DNA of 64,000 nucleotides from Convolutriloba macropyga (taxonomy: Eukaryota). Below the pieces are notes generated by a model. The model had not been told where the DNA came from and did no database searches. It saw nothing but the letters and a program-made list of their open reading frames with translations. This document shows positions 25,370 through 39,629 of this stretch, piece after piece (position 1 is the stretch's first letter; the number at the start of each line of letters is the position of its first letter). The position numbers and the translations under genes were made by a program. The DNA lies in NCBI RefSeq assembly GCF_964194025.1, contig NC_134471.1, positions 16,306,001 through 16,370,000 of the forward strand, written 5' to 3'.

Positions 25370-25596
25370 CAGTTAGCTATTGAAGACTGCTTTCGATAAG
25401 GAAAGTATGTTTCTACGAAGCACCGTCCTATATTGGTGACGTGTCCGTCTATTTGAGATGCTAGGTTATGCTTGGGTCAAGCCATTGAGAGCAAGATACA
25501 TGCACGTAGGAAAATTTTAGTCAAATTAGAGTTATCTGCGGCTGATAAAGAAAAAGAGATAAAGCTGTTGAAGAAAAAGTTCGAAAAGATACAATG

Positions 25597-27230
25597 AATT
25601 CTGATGTCAGCTCAAAAAGAATAAGAGCAGGCTTAACAAACCTTGATGTCTCAAAAACTCGAGGTCCAGATAACATTCCCGCCTGTTTCTTGAAGCAACT
25701 GGCTGAAACACTCAGTCTATTTCTGAGCGCAATCTTAAGGAACATCAAAAGATTAGTAAAAATCCCGAACTGTTGGAAAATTGGAGCTGTGTCGCCCATC
25801 CATAAAAAAGGCTGCAGAGCAAGTGTCAAAAATTACAGACCAGTGACATTGCTGTCTATAGTTTCGAAAGTACTCAAACGATGTATGTATGATCCGATCG
25901 AAAAGCAGTTCTCGGATCATTTAACAACCAGTCAACATGGATTTGTGAAAAAACGATCCGTTGTGTCGAACATGCTCTGTTTCTTGAACGACGTTCAAGT
26001 TGCGTTTGAAGGAAACACAAATTCGGCGTATTCCTTATACATCGACTTCTTAAAAGCATTCGATAAGGTCCCGCATGCTGAATTGTTGATCAAAGTAAGG
26101 AGAATTGGAGTGGGCGGTTGTGTACTTAGTCTTCTCAAGGACTATTTTTATAACCGTAAACAGTTCGTGAGATGTGATGGTGTCAGGTCGGACCTTCTAC
26201 AAGTATCAAGTGGTGTTCCGCAGGGTTCCATTTTCGGCCCCTTACTCTTCTGCATCTTCATAAATGATTTGCCAACTTCTTTGATATCCAGCACCCCATA
26301 TCTGTATGCGGATGACGCAAAGTTCTTGTTTATTGACAAAAGTAACCAAAAAATTCAAAAAGAAGTTGACAGAATCTCACCTTGGGTATCCAGGAACAGA
26401 ATATCACTTGCTGCTGAAAAATTTTGTTATATAGCATTTAAGGGACAGTCCCTCAGCCTTACGATGAATAACACTACATTAGAGCAATCCACAAAGGTGA
26501 CTGACTTGGACGTGCAGCTTACAGGTACCCTGAAAGCGGCAAAGCACCTCGAGTCTAGGCTTGCGAAAGCTAATCGAACTTTTGGTTTTCTGAAGAGAAA
26601 TTTATCGAAGAATATGGAAACGAGAGTGAAAAATTGTGCTTACAAAATCCCTAATTCTACCCTTGATTACTTTTGCTTCAAGCACTTGGCACCCATCGCG
26701 TGGAAGTATGAGACTAATGGAATGCTTTCAAAAACGTGCGTTGAAGTGGATATCGGGCTATAGGAATGCATCGTACTTTGAAAACATGGTATCTCTAAGA
26801 TTACTTCCGCTTCCTATGTTTCTGCAACTCAATGATTTAATTCTATTGTCTAAACTGTACCATGATAAAGAAAACGCACTTCCATTCATAGAAACCTATG
26901 AACACCAATATGGTAGAGTTAAAAGCAGATTATTCAAACTTCCAAAACTGAGAACCAAAAAATTCAGAGAGAACTTTTACTTTCGAACTGCCAAAGTTGC
27001 CAACAATCTGCCTGAAGAGATAGACTTTTCCCAGCCATTGGGACTCAAAGGACGTATTCTGTATTTCATGTGGGACCGTCTGATGTTGAACTTCAACAAA
27101 AGAGTAGTGTGTACATGGACCATTTTCTGTGATTGCGCCGATTGCAGAAAATAGTTGAATCAAGACCAAAACGTATGGGAGCAATCCCCTCGACTTGATG
27201 CCGAAAAGTTACAACAACAACATCAACAAC
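25597..27230 (+). mobile_element. 5'-truncated CR1-group LINE RT, one frameshift, (CAA)n tail
   Basis: NYRPVTLL, YIDFLKAFDKVPH, GVPQGSIFGP, YADD, CTWTIFCDCADC; candidate TSD ACAATG. Confidence 0.9.
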
Positions 27231-29962
27231 AATGTGGTTGCATCAAATATAAGTTCAAGATACATAAGTTAAAGCTATTTTACGACAATCAAGAGGTAGC
27301 TCGTGATAGACTACAATTCTCATTCATTACGATCAACGTTTGGGGAAATGCTTCAGCTAAGAAACGCCTACAGCTGACTATTTCTTAATCTAAACTTTTT
27401 CCGCAAATTGTTTGCCTCACAGAAACCTGACTTGATTCTGATTTTGACTCGAAATTGATCTTCGATACTAACTACAATGTAGCACTCATAGCTTACAAAG
27501 AGAAAAGTGCTCATAGTGGTGTTGGCATTCCTCAAAACAATAATGTATTTAGCAATGTTGACTGGGTCTTTTTCTCATTCTCTCATAATGAGATCGAAAG
27601 TTTCTTCGACCTTTACACAAATTATTTTTCTACATAGAGTCCAGGATGGCACACACGAGGGTGGTCATATGCTGGATTTGTTTTTGCTATTTTTGACCAC
27701 CTTTATCTATCATTAAACTTCATCACGAAAACTTATTTTAGTGACCATTTTGGCCTTAAAACTTGCATTGACCTACCAGAGCTCAATTCCGAAAAATACT
27801 CTAGCTTTTAATTTCTTTCCCGTGACTGTTATTCCTCTATCAATTATATTTTGTCTTCTAGTTTGTTTTCCTTAGCCTTAGATACAAAATCACTGGAATT
27901 TGTACCCTTCTTTTTGAAATATCTGGATGATCTTCTTTGCAGTTATACAACAATGAAACGATCGAAAAGAAATAAATTGCGATAGTTCTATTCTTCCCAA
28001 ACTATTCATGCTTTGAGTAAACGCAACAACGTTGTTAAAAAATTACTGGATGTTTCCTTCTGCGTTGGTGGAAGAACTTAGCAGAGATTTAGAACTTGAC
28101 ACTGCAGTGTATCTTGATGAGTTTGCCTCAAATAATACTAGCGCGTCAAAATGTTTTCGTCCTATTAGTAGACTCAAAAGTGGGCACTTACCTATTGAAA
28201 CGGGATCTCAAAATACAAATCATATTGGGTACCCGTCCATTGAGAACGCTTTTAATGCCTATTTTATGAAATTCTGTCAGCCTGCTGTTGGTTTTTTTGA
28301 CGACTTTGAACAACGGACCTTGAATGAGCTCTGCTTCACCAAGGAAGATATTCGAGCCGTCTTATCTCACACTTCCATCGGTAAAAGTTTTGACAAAATT
28401 CCAGGAGACTTTTCTTTGGATAGCTCCAGATAGCTTAACTTACAATGTCATGAAACTTTTTCAAAGCATTGCTGAAACTTCGATATATCCAAATTTATGG
28501 AAACAAGAAATGATCATAACAACTTTTGAAACGAGCTCCAAATTCTATATTAAGTCTTATTGTCCAATTAATAACTCAAATAAATTATCCTTAGTCTTTG
28601 AACGAATTATTTTTATACTCTATGTCCTTTTGACAGAAAGAGAATATCTCGTCAGTTCGGATATACGAAAGGTTATAATTTCTTACCAACTTCAAGCATT
28701 TTCAAGCTGCCTGTAAGAGTTGATTGGATGTACTACGGCAGAAAATTTTTGAATGCTTTCGAAATGGTTATCATCCGATCGATATACAAAGATCTACGCT
28801 TTAGGCTCACAGATCTCACAAGAAAATGGATATAGGAAGCGATTTTCGTTCAGTGTTTATTCGCCATTTTTGAGGACGAATTCCCGCACCTCATTAAGTA
28901 TCGCCTACCTGTGCTAAATATGGCCCACAAGCTCTTGCTTCAATAAAGCTATTCGAAAAAATAATTTTCAATTGCCCAAAATTGAATTGTTATTCGACTC
29001 TCTGACACAACACAGAATGGCCAAAGAGCATTTTTTTGACAAATGATTTAAAACATGCATCGTCAACTCCAATTGCATTGAGATACATCAACACCTTAAA
29101 TTTTAAGTGTTTTATGTGAAGAAAAAACTGGGAAATAAAATCAGAAAGTGAATACTTCTTCCACGATTATGTAAAATTATTAATTTTAAGTAGTAAATAA
29201 TCTTTATGGAGTTTTAATTTCTAGCAATCTTTAAGTGATCATTGCTTTTGTTGCTTTGTTAAGCAACTAAGACATGCATTTCTCTCTTTTATGGCCCAAT
29301 TGGGTTACCGAAAACATGTCCGCTTTTTCCTGGTTCTCTCAGGGAGCTTCTTCCAAGAAAATATTGGCTTAGTGCCACAATAGGGTGATTAAAAACCTCT
29401 GTATAAAAATTTCTCAACAGCCATATGTATTTGAGTCGTTTTTTCATTTTTTCTCTGTCTCTTACTTTTTGAAGACAAATCTGAGTCCGAAGTGTCACAT
29501 GAATTTTTCTAATCTGGTGTCACTGAATAATCCCTTTTATACCCACTGAGCGTCAGTGCAGTATTATACGGCAAGGGTTGCGTTCTCGTCTAAATAAGTA
29601 TTTATTACTTTCTCGTAATTTGGATTTCTAATTTCTATCTTTTTTACGGTGTTTGGAATGGGAATATTACATGATCTAACAAAATGCGCTTCAAGGTCTG
29701 TTACATTTGTCGTTTTCTTTTTGTATTTTCTTAATTTATCAAATTTTGCATGTAATGCATGATAAAGATTGAAAATTATTATTGAGTTGGGCTTTTATAC
29801 ATAATAGTAGAATTCTAATAGACATATTGAGTTTTGTTGCATGTCCAATGGCTATGCCATCGCTAGCAGTTGCATTTATGGCTTCAATACTGTTTTGAAA
29901 CTAAAAAATCTTCAAATCATTTTTGCAGTCAAGCGTTTAACTTGATAGAGTCTAATTGATCT

Positions 29963-30162
29963 NNNNNNNNNNNNNNNNNNNNNNNNNNNNNNNNNNNNNN
30001 NNNNNNNNNNNNNNNNNNNNNNNNNNNNNNNNNNNNNNNNNNNNNNNNNNNNNNNNNNNNNNNNNNNNNNNNNNNNNNNNNNNNNNNNNNNNNNNNNNNN
30101 NNNNNNNNNNNNNNNNNNNNNNNNNNNNNNNNNNNNNNNNNNNNNNNNNNNNNNNNNNNNNN
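29963..30162. other. Assembly gap (others at 39237-39629, 43506-43701, 45599-45893)
   Basis: N runs. Confidence 1.
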
Positions 30163-31338
30163 GTGACAATAAAGAAGCGCCGGGACAAACTATTCAATGT
30201 CAAAACACCCAAAGTAACGAGAAAAGAAAATTTTTAACAGATTGTTGAAAATAATAGCTTTTGTGTGCCGATTTCAAACTCCAAGTTTGCCCTATTAATT
30301 ATTGAAGTGAATATTTCTAAACGAATGCGCAACGCAACTTTGATAATCCTTCCAGATAGGCAAGGCGAAAGCACTAACAAACTATACTTATGACTCTTTG
30401 TTGGATTTTAGAGGCGAATAGAGGATTAAATTGTGCAACTATTCGCGAATTGCAAAACAAAGAGAATGAGTTAGCAACAGCTAATTGGCAAGAACAGATA
30501 ATTAATAGTTTGCAAAGTCGGATAATTACTACTATACGTGAAATTAAACACGCTAGTCAAAACAGATAATTTTTGATGTCTAAAATTAACCTTCAAATTA
30601 TTTAAGTGCAAGCTACGTAATTTTATTGCATTAGATTGAATCGGTATTCTTAATGTCAAGATTATGTTTTAATTTTCCTGTTGTTCAGCATATTTTTCAG
30701 AATGAGCAATTTCTGAATTATTTAATAGTAGCAATATTGAACAACATTTTTGAATTTATTCGCCGGTTACTTAGCATTTAAAGTACATTTACTGGTTTTT
30801 AATAACTAGTGATATTAATAGTTTCTCAATTACTTTGCCGAACACTTTATCACTCATTCGCGCCAAACTCTTCGTCCGTTTTTGGCGTCAATGTTTAGTA
30901 AAGGGCCTGTCTCGATCCGCGAATTCTGGGATTTGGAGGTGAAACAATTTCAGTGTTGTGTGTCGGAACTGACTTCGAGTTGCGTCGAGACGCAGCTTGT
31001 TTCAATTATTAATTGAACAATGCTGATGGGAGAATGTTGTAACCCTATATGTCGCCGGATCTTATTTTTGTTTTTGGTTTGAGAAAATCTGTCAGACAGG
31101 AATTCGTCTACTCCCCAGACGTGTCGTTTCTGTCGAAGCTGTAGATTTTATGGCTTCAATTATTGCGCTTGCCGCTTCTCGTTGTTTGAGTTTCGTGGAG
31201 CGCGTTTTGTGCGCAGAAGTCAATGAAAAAACTAAATAGTCTTAACTGGTGGTAGAATGACAACAGTCTGATCTTGTTTTGATCATTAAATTAAATCAAT
31301 TTATGGATCTTTTTCATTTGTAACCCCACCCGAGTTGA

Positions 31339-33952
31339 ATTTTTCCGCCCAAAATGATGTAAGAGTGGGGCTGCAATGGGAGGATTTTTTAGGAAAATGC
31401 AGCTCAAAACTCTTACGTCTTTCTGGGCTGCATTGGGCTTCCAAGGGGGGTAAAATGGTGTAAGAGTGAGGGGTAAAAAGACAAATTAACCCCCCACTCT
31501 TACATCTTTTTTGGTCTGCCAAGGGGGTAAAACGATGTAAGAGTTGGGGGGGGGGGGGTAATTTGTCTTTTACCCCCTCACTCTTACACCATTTTACCCC
31601 CCTTGGCAGACCAAAAAAAGATGTAAGAGTGGGAGGTTAATTTGTCTTTTACCCCCTCACTCTTACACCATTTTATCCCACTTGGAAGCCCAATGCAGCC
31701 CAAAAAGACGTAAGAGTTTTGAGCTGCATTTTCCTAAAAAATCCTCCCATTGCAGCCCCACTCTTACGACATTTTACCCCCCCTGTCAGCCCAACTCTTA
31801 CATCATTTAACCCCCTCAATCTTTTAGCCCCCCTACCTGAAGACTGCCAGTCTTGAACCCACAACCTCTGTACCCTCAGCTGCGTCGCCTTATCCTCCAG
31901 TCCATCGATGCTTGTCCAACTCTTGACGGTCTATATATATAAATAATAATTGTTAGAATTGCCCCATCACAACAAATTACCCCCTCACTCTTACATCGTT
32001 TAAACCCCCTTGGCAGCCCAACTCTCACATCATTTTACCCCCTCTGAACAAATTACCCCCTCACTCTTACACCATTTTACCCCCCTTGGCAGCCCAACTC
32101 TTACATCATTTTACCCCCTCTGAACAAATTACCCCCTCACTCTTACACAATTTTACCCCCCTTGGCAGCCCAACTCTTACCTCATTTTACCCCTCTGGAC
32201 AAATTACCCCCTCACTCTTACACCATTTTACCCCCCTTGGCAGCCCAACTCTTACATCATTTTACCCCCTCTGAACAAATTACGCCCTAACTCTAACACC
32301 AATTTACCCCCCTTGGCAGCCCAACTCTTACATCATTTTACACCCTCTGAACAAATTACCCCTTCACTCTTGCACCATTTTACCCCCCTTGGCAGCCCAA
32401 CTCTTACCTCATTTTACCCCCTCTGGACAAATTACCCCCTCACTCTTACACAATTTTACCCCCTTTGGCAGCCCAAGTCTTACATCATTTTACCCCCTCT
32501 GAAAAAATTACCCCCTCACTCTTACACCATTTTACCCCCCTTGGCAGCCCAACTCTTACATCACTTTACCCCTTCTGAACAAATTACCCCCTCACTCTTA
32601 CACCATTTTACCCCCTGTGCAGCACAACTTTTACCTCATTTTCACCCCTCTGGACAAATTACCCCCTCACTCTTACACCATTTTTACCCCCCACCCCTTG
32701 GCAGCCCAATTCCTACATCACTTTACCCCTTCTGAACAAATTACCCCCTCACTCTTACACCATTTTACCCCCTGTGCAGCACAACTTTTACCTCATTTTC
32801 ACCCCTCCTCCCATTGCAGCCCATTACAGACCACTCTTACATGGCAAATTCAGTCATGGGGTGTAATTCCTTAAAAGTCCTCCCATTGCAGCCCATTGCA
32901 GCCCACTCTTACATGACAATTTCAGTCATGGGGGGTAATTCCTGAAAACTCCTCCCATTTCAGCCCATTGCTGCCCGCTCTTACATGGCAATTTCAGTCA
33001 TGGGGGGTAATTCCTTAAAAGTCCTCCAATTGCAGCCCATTGCAGCCCACACTTACATGGCAATTTCATTCAGGGGGTAATTCCTTAAAAGTAGTCCCAT
33101 TGCAGCCCATTGCAGCCCACTCCTACATGACAATTTCAGTCATGGGGGGGGGGGGGGGGTAATTCCTGAAAACTCCTCCCATTGCAGCCCATTGCAGCCC
33201 ACTCTTACATGGCAATTTCAGTCAGGGGGTAATTCCTTAAAATTCCTCCCATTGCAGCCCATTGCAGCCCACTCTTACATGGCAATTTCATTCAGGGGGG
33301 TAATTCCTTAAAAGTAGTCCCATTGCAGCCCATTGCAGCCCACTCTTACATGACAATTTCAGTCATGGGGGGTAATTCCTGAAAACTCCTCCCATTGCAG
33401 CCCATTGCAGCCCACTCTTACACGGCAATTTCAGTCATGGGGGGTAATTCCTTAAAAGTCCTCCAATTGCAGCCCATTGCAGCCCACACTTACATGGCAA
33501 TTTCATTCAGGGGGTAATTCCTTAAAAGTAGTCCCATTGCAGCCCATTGCAGCCCACTCCTACATGACAATTTCAGTCATGGGGGGGGTAATTCCTGAAA
33601 ACTCCTCCCATTGCAGCCCATTGCAGCCCACTCTTACATGGCAATTTCAGTCAGGGGGTAATTCCTTAAAATTCCTCCCATTGCAGCCCATTGCAGCCCA
33701 CTCTTACACGGCAATTTCAGTCAGGGGGGGGGGGTAATTCCTTGAAAGTCCTCCCATTGCAGCCCATTGCAGCCCACTCTTACATGGCAGTTTCAGTCAG
33801 GGGGGTTAATTCCTTAAAAGTCCTCCAATTGCAGCCCAACTCTTACATCATTTTACCCCCTCTGAACAAATTATCCCCACACTCTTACATCAATTTACCC
33901 CGCATAGACAACTTACCCCCCCCCCATTCTTACATCAAAATGGGAGAATTTT
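31339..33952. mobile_element. Foldback-like element built from inverted and tandem GC-rich modules (~76-bp array 31971-32805; ~71-bp array 32805-33840)
   Basis: Left arm repeats GATGTAAGAGTGGGG; right part repeats its complement CCCACTCTTACA. Local palindrome 31356-31770. Confidence 0.65.
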
Positions 33953-33987
33953 AGGGAGGACATTCGACCCGGGCAGTCCAACAGTAC

Positions 33988-36900
33988 GTTATGCAACCCC
34001 CAGTTGCATAGCATTTTGTCGATAGGTTGCAAAAAAATTATAGAATCCCTTATAGTTAACTGGGGTTCTATACAAATCTCCTCTGAGTTCATTTGAAAAA
34101 TTTGAAATGTTTCAACTAGTTGAATTCGGAAATTACAAGTGAAGTTAAGCTCGCAGAGTGATATTTACATTTTAAGTTTAACCAAAGTGAAATGTAAGGA
34201 AGGCAAGCACTGAAATATGATTGAAAAATAATATGAACAGTGATGAACAAAATTTAGTTTATCTTTATTTGCATTTACAAAAAAATGGCCCTAGAGACCT
34301 TGTTTGTATTTCCCAAACGCAGTTTTTGTTCTCAACGATAACGCTTGTACACCATGATTATTTTCTGAACTAATCTCGATTCTGATGTTTGAACTTAAAT
34401 TTTTATGACAATTGGTTAAGTCTACGGTCTCCTCAACTGCACGCTATAAATCAGCATAATTAGTTGTGATTTTCAAGTGGTTTTTTGCTCAAATATCTTT
34501 TAAAAGTAATTTTCAAATGCCTCTGCATTAAAAAAGTGTTTGAACAGGCTTAGGAGATTTTTAAGGTCACTACACTGCCTTTCCCCTGTAAATGTATAAT
34601 ATTCCACTCATTTTAAACTTAAAATGAGCACATAATTTTTTTGATTCGATTACTTAAAATTTTCTGTGACGCCTTTTTTTACCAGGGTGAATCCACAGAG
34701 CAAAATTTTTGCCACGCCGTTGAACTTCCATGGATGTTGCAGGTGGCTCCCAAAGAATCTCATATATGGTTAGCTGTTCTTTGGAGGGCGAATTCTTCTA
34801 AATCTCCTGAGACGATCAGCTATTCGGCGTATATCTCCGCCTGTAGTTTAATTTCTAACTTTTTGACATTTGCTGCCGTTTTCGAAACTTTTTACGAGCT
34901 GCATGCAGCTCCCTTCTTTTCCCAGGATCTTTTCAGAGCTGTCTTTTTTTCCTCAGTTAAAAAGTCTGACTCAGTTTGAGCAGACTAGCATTCAAGCCGC
35001 ATTTGCTGGAGTTGACTGTCCAACTCATTTAAAAGATTTTTAGTTTCCGTTCAAGCACAAAATGCTCCTGTTGCTCTTCAGCAACAAATAATTAATTGTT
35101 GCATTAAGTCAACAACTTGCCCTTTCAGCATACTGTTTTCTTGTTGAACAGTTTTAATGTGCTTCTGTATTTAATGAGAAGCAACTCCCATTTTTTCACT
35201 GTTTTCTACCCGGACGTGCATCCGATTCTATTCCTGAATAGTAATATTTGGTCTTTTGGTTAGTGTTGTAAGATAGAATTCATCCAGAGAATTTTATACC
35301 GATCTGAAACGGTTTTTGAACCCACAGATTCTTCAGACTCCGTGTCGGACAACTGTTTTAACTTTGTAGAGTTCTGGCAGAAAAAAAAGATACTCTCCCA
35401 CTTCAGATTCCATGGAGATTCCATGGAGATTAAGAGATGTATTATACTGATTAAAAAGACAAGCATCATTCCAGACATTCCACTGACGTTACTCAACTTT
35501 TTTAGTAAAGGGCCTGTCTCGATCCGCCATGCAACCCCCAGTAGGTTATGCAACCCCCAGCTGCATAGCACTTTGACGATAGTTTGCAAAAAAAATTATA
35601 GAATCCCTTATGGTTAACTGGGGTTCTACAAATCTCCTCTGAGTTCATTTGAAAAAATTGAAAGGTTTCATCTAGTTGAATTAAGAAATTACAAATAAAG
35701 TTAAACTCGCAAAATGATATTTACATTTTAAGTTTATCCAAAGTTAAATGTAAGGAAGGCAAGCACTGAAATATGTTTGAAAAATAATTTGAACAGTGGT
35801 GATCATATTTTACCGTTTTAGCACCAGTGTAATCTTTATTTGCATTTACTAAGAAAAGTTGGCCCTAGAGACCTTGCTCTGTTTGTATTTCCCAAACACA
35901 GTTTTTGTTCTCAACGATAACGCTTGTACACCATGAATTTTTTCTGAACTAATCTCGATTCTGATGTTAGAACTTAAATTTTTATGACAATTGGTTAAGT
36001 CTACGGTCTCGTCAACTGCACGCTATAAATCAGCTTATTTGTTAGTTGTGATTTTTAATTGGTTTTTTTGCTCAAATTTCTTTAAAATGTAATTTTCAAA
36101 TGCCTCTGCTTTAAAAAAGTGTTTGAACATGTTTAGGAGATTTTTTAAGGTCACTATACTGCCTTTCCTCTGTAAACGTATAATATTCCACTCATATTTA
36201 ACTTAGAATGAGCACATATTTTTTTTGATTCGATATCTGAAAATTTTCTGTGTCGCCTTTTTTTTACCAGGGTGAATCCACAGAGCAAAATTTTTGACAC
36301 ACCGTTGAATTTCCATGGATGCTGCAGGTGGCTCCCAAAGAAGATCATATGTGGTTAGCTGTTCTTTGCAGGACGAATTCTTCTAAATCTCCATAGAAGA
36401 TCAGCTATTTGGCGCACATCTCCGCCTGTAGTTTAATTTCTAATTTTTTGACATTTGCTGCCTGTTTCGAAATTTTTTAAGAGCTGCCTCCAGCTCCCCT
36501 CGTTTCCCAGGATTTTTTCAGAGCTGTCTTTATTTCCTCAGTTAAAAAGTCTGACTCAGTTTGAGCAGACTAGCAGCCGAGCCACACTTGCTGCAGTTGG
36601 CTGTCCAACTCAATTAAGAGGTTTTTAGTTTCGATTCAAGCACAAAATGCTCCTGTTGCTCCTCAGCAACGAATAATTGTTGCATTAAGTCAACAACTTG
36701 CCCCCTCAGCATACTGTTATCTTCTTGTACAGTTTTAATGTGCTCCTGTTTTTAATGAGAATCAAATCCCAGTTTTTCGCTGTTTTCTACCCGGACCTGC
36801 ATCCGATTCCATTCCTGATTAGAATTATTTGGTCTTGTGGTTAACGTGTAAGATAGAATTCATCCAGAGAATTTTTTACCGCTCTGAAACGGTTTTTGTA

Positions 36901-37071
36901 CCCACAGATTCTTCAGACTCCGTGTCGGACAACTTTTTTAACTTTGTAGTTCTGGCAGATAATACAATTACTCTCCCACTTCAGATTCCATGGAGCTGAC
37001 CTAAATAAAGCATGTATTATACTGATTAAAAAGACAAGCATCATTCCAGACATTCCACTGACGTTGCTCAA
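33988..37071. repeat. Diverged ~1.56-kb tandem duplication containing a decayed minus-strand ORF
   Basis: GTTATGCAACCCCCAG at 33988 and 35545, colinear sequence downstream. Confidence 0.85.
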
Positions 37072-38389
37072 CTGAAATTCTTCCAGCTGAAATATGTTTG
37101 TTTTTTGTGGCCAACAGCCAATGTCTCAAGTACCGTTTTGTTGATACGCGACGACTCCTTTACTTTTGTTTCAACAAATTTTTCAAGATTTGATTTGGTT
37201 GCAAACATTGATTTTTAAGAACATTTATTTGATGAGACTAAATGGACGAGTTAAACGGAGTTAGTGCTATTTTTGGTTGAACGCATTCTAATAAAAAGAG
37301 AGTGGATAACGTTATTCTTATAACCGAGACTAGAGTTTGAGCAATAAAAAAATCATTAGATTAATGGACAATTCTCTCACTATGTGCCAAAATTTTAAAA
37401 AGTTTTTGCCTATGGGTTTAACCCAATGAACTTCATACCAATTCAAATTACAATATTCTCCCACTAAGCTTGGGGGGGGCACAATAAACTTCAATTTTTA
37501 TTATTTTTTCATATAAGTCTTCTTTGTTCATAATAATTTTGCCAATAGTCCGTCTTCGTTACATTCTTCTACATTTGTGTGGTTTGTTAATCTTTGAGAG
37601 AATGCTTCGAGAATAACAAGAAAATTATTCAACAGACGAAAACGGACCGGCTAATTATACAGGAAGTCGGGTGTGACCCTCACAATGAACAGAACTGTGA
37701 GCACCCACAATAAAACATCACAGCAGAGCCTTCAGGTTTACCTCCAAAGTTCATTGTTTTTTTGAACAACTTGATAGGCTTTATGAGCCACGTCGAACCT
37801 GATAATAAAGCACTTCATAGAATTAGATGGTTGTAGTGAATGACAAGTGTTTATATTCTGTAAATCATTTATTGGATTGTGAATTATCGTGATGATGAAC
37901 GCAAAGTCCGAAAACGATCGTTATTTTAAATCAAAATAATTTTACGTAAAAGAAACCAATTTGTCAAATTAAACCAACTTCCGATACTTTAAACAAACGT
38001 TTTCGAACTTTACGTTCATCGTCAGTTTAAAACTTTTTCACAAACTGTTAAAGGATAAAATGAATATGTATTTACATTTGTCTGAGACAACCATTGAAAC
38101 AGTTCTAGGAACTATTCTAAAAAATTAAATCAAAAATTTTTCTCTGTATACAAAAATTAGCCTATTTACAACTCTTATTTACATCTGTTATCAATTTCCT
38201 TTAAAACATTCCTATTTCAGATTTTTCGATGTTGGCCATGTTTTTGTATTTCTAGGGTTATTCCAAGTTAGCCCTAACAGTAAGTATCCCTCTTGTAGAT
38301 GTTTTGCAAATTTCGTTTTGACATGCACAAAATGTCTTTTGCACTGTGTCTTTATATAGTCAAGATTATAATTTGATCTAATATTTTTA

Positions 38390-39236
38390 CCGTGAGTGCC
38401 GGCACCCTATATTCATCACGTGTTTAGTGCCGGCTTCAATTTGATGATGTACATAGCTTCGATAGTCATTTGCTTTTCTACTGTTCAATAGACGTCCAGA
38501 GTTTTCCCTTCAATGTCATTTGTGGCGCACAAAATTCAACCAGATGTTGATCCACCTGTGAATCCTTCTTTTGATGTTCTGACATCCTTGTGGTAACCTG
38601 CCGGCTGGTTTGCATTACAAAGATGGATTTGCATCCATTACATTTTATCTCATATCCCACGTGGGATTTCAGGTCTCCATCGAAAGATGATTAGGGAGGG
38701 ATGATCTTAATTTTTGCGTTATAAAAACCAATTGCGATTCGCATAGTTTCTTCAATTTGTTTGCAAAACTCTGAGTAAGATTGCCTCTGTTTTGTAGAAA
38801 AATAGTTGGCATATCTTGAGACCTAGTCTTGTTTTTTTGATGCTGCTTTGGTGTTTTTCTTGTTCTCAATTGGGCTTTACCACTTATTATCTTTTCTAAA
38901 TTCTGATTCAATGTTTTTGAAGACCATTCCTCTTGATACTGATTTTTGGTCCAGCAAGTTTTGTTCTCTTCAAGAGTCTGATCGAAGGCGAGGCAATTAG
39001 ATGTTGCATTAAAAACCCTGTGAACCCTCCCTTGAATGACATTTTTCATAAGCTGAAGCGGTGCACAGCTGCGAAAATTCAGTATTATTCCAGTGTCAGT
39101 TGGTTTTTTCATACCATTGACAGGTGATATTACTTTTGCTGCTCACATTTACGTTAATGTCATGAAAAACCAAATTCCCTTCCATGTAAAACTTTTCTAT
39201 GAAAAATTGCAGGTTGTTGTGTAATGAATTTGCAAA
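38390..39236 (-). mobile_element. Penelope-like element 3' part (RT thumb plus GIY-YIG endonuclease), decayed; duplicate at ~42660-43505
   Basis: FANSLHNNLQF, KKPTDTGIILNF, YEIKCNGCKSIFVMQTSRQVTTRMSEH. Confidence 0.85.
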
Positions 39237-39629
39237 NNNNNNNNNNNNNNNNNNNNNNNNNNNNNNNNNNNNNNNNNNNNNNNNNNNNNNNNNNNNNNNN
39301 NNNNNNNNNNNNNNNNNNNNNNNNNNNNNNNNNNNNNNNNNNNNNNNNNNNNNNNNNNNNNNNNNNNNNNNNNNNNNNNNNNNNNNNNNNNNNNNNNNNN
39401 NNNNNNNNNNNNNNNNNNNNNNNNNNNNNNNNNNNNNNNNNNNNNNNNNNNNNNNNNNNNNNNNNNNNNNNNNNNNNNNNNNNNNNNNNNNNNNNNNNNN
39501 NNNNNNNNNNNNNNNNNNNNNNNNNNNNNNNNNNNNNNNNNNNNNNNNNNNNNNNNNNNNNNNNNNNNNNNNNNNNNNNNNNNNNNNNNNNNNNNNNNNN
39601 NNNNNNNNNNNNNNNNNNNNNNNNNNNNN

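Larger units (their letters stand above)
23243..28716 (+). mobile_element. Old degenerate CR1-group LINE (ORF1, APE, start of RT) interrupted by two LINEs and a MITE
   Basis: ORF1-like remnants (LKVIGIPE, HRPILVT), APE remnants (LTETxLDSD, THEGGHMLDL, SDHF) and RT-upstream segment (YCPINNSNKLSLVFERI). Confidence 0.6.

Noticed and set aside
25594-26763. RT ORFs as retron, DGR or group II intron systems
   Set aside because: Eukaryotic context; motifs, APE domains, simple-repeat tails and TSDs identify non-LTR retrotransposons.
29912-30237. ORFs containing X runs (also at 39.1-39.7 and 45.4-46.0 kb)
   Set aside because: Artefacts of N gaps.
31301-33954. His/Pro-rich repetitive ORFs
   Set aside because: Translations of minisatellites whose unit length varies and is mostly not a multiple of 3.
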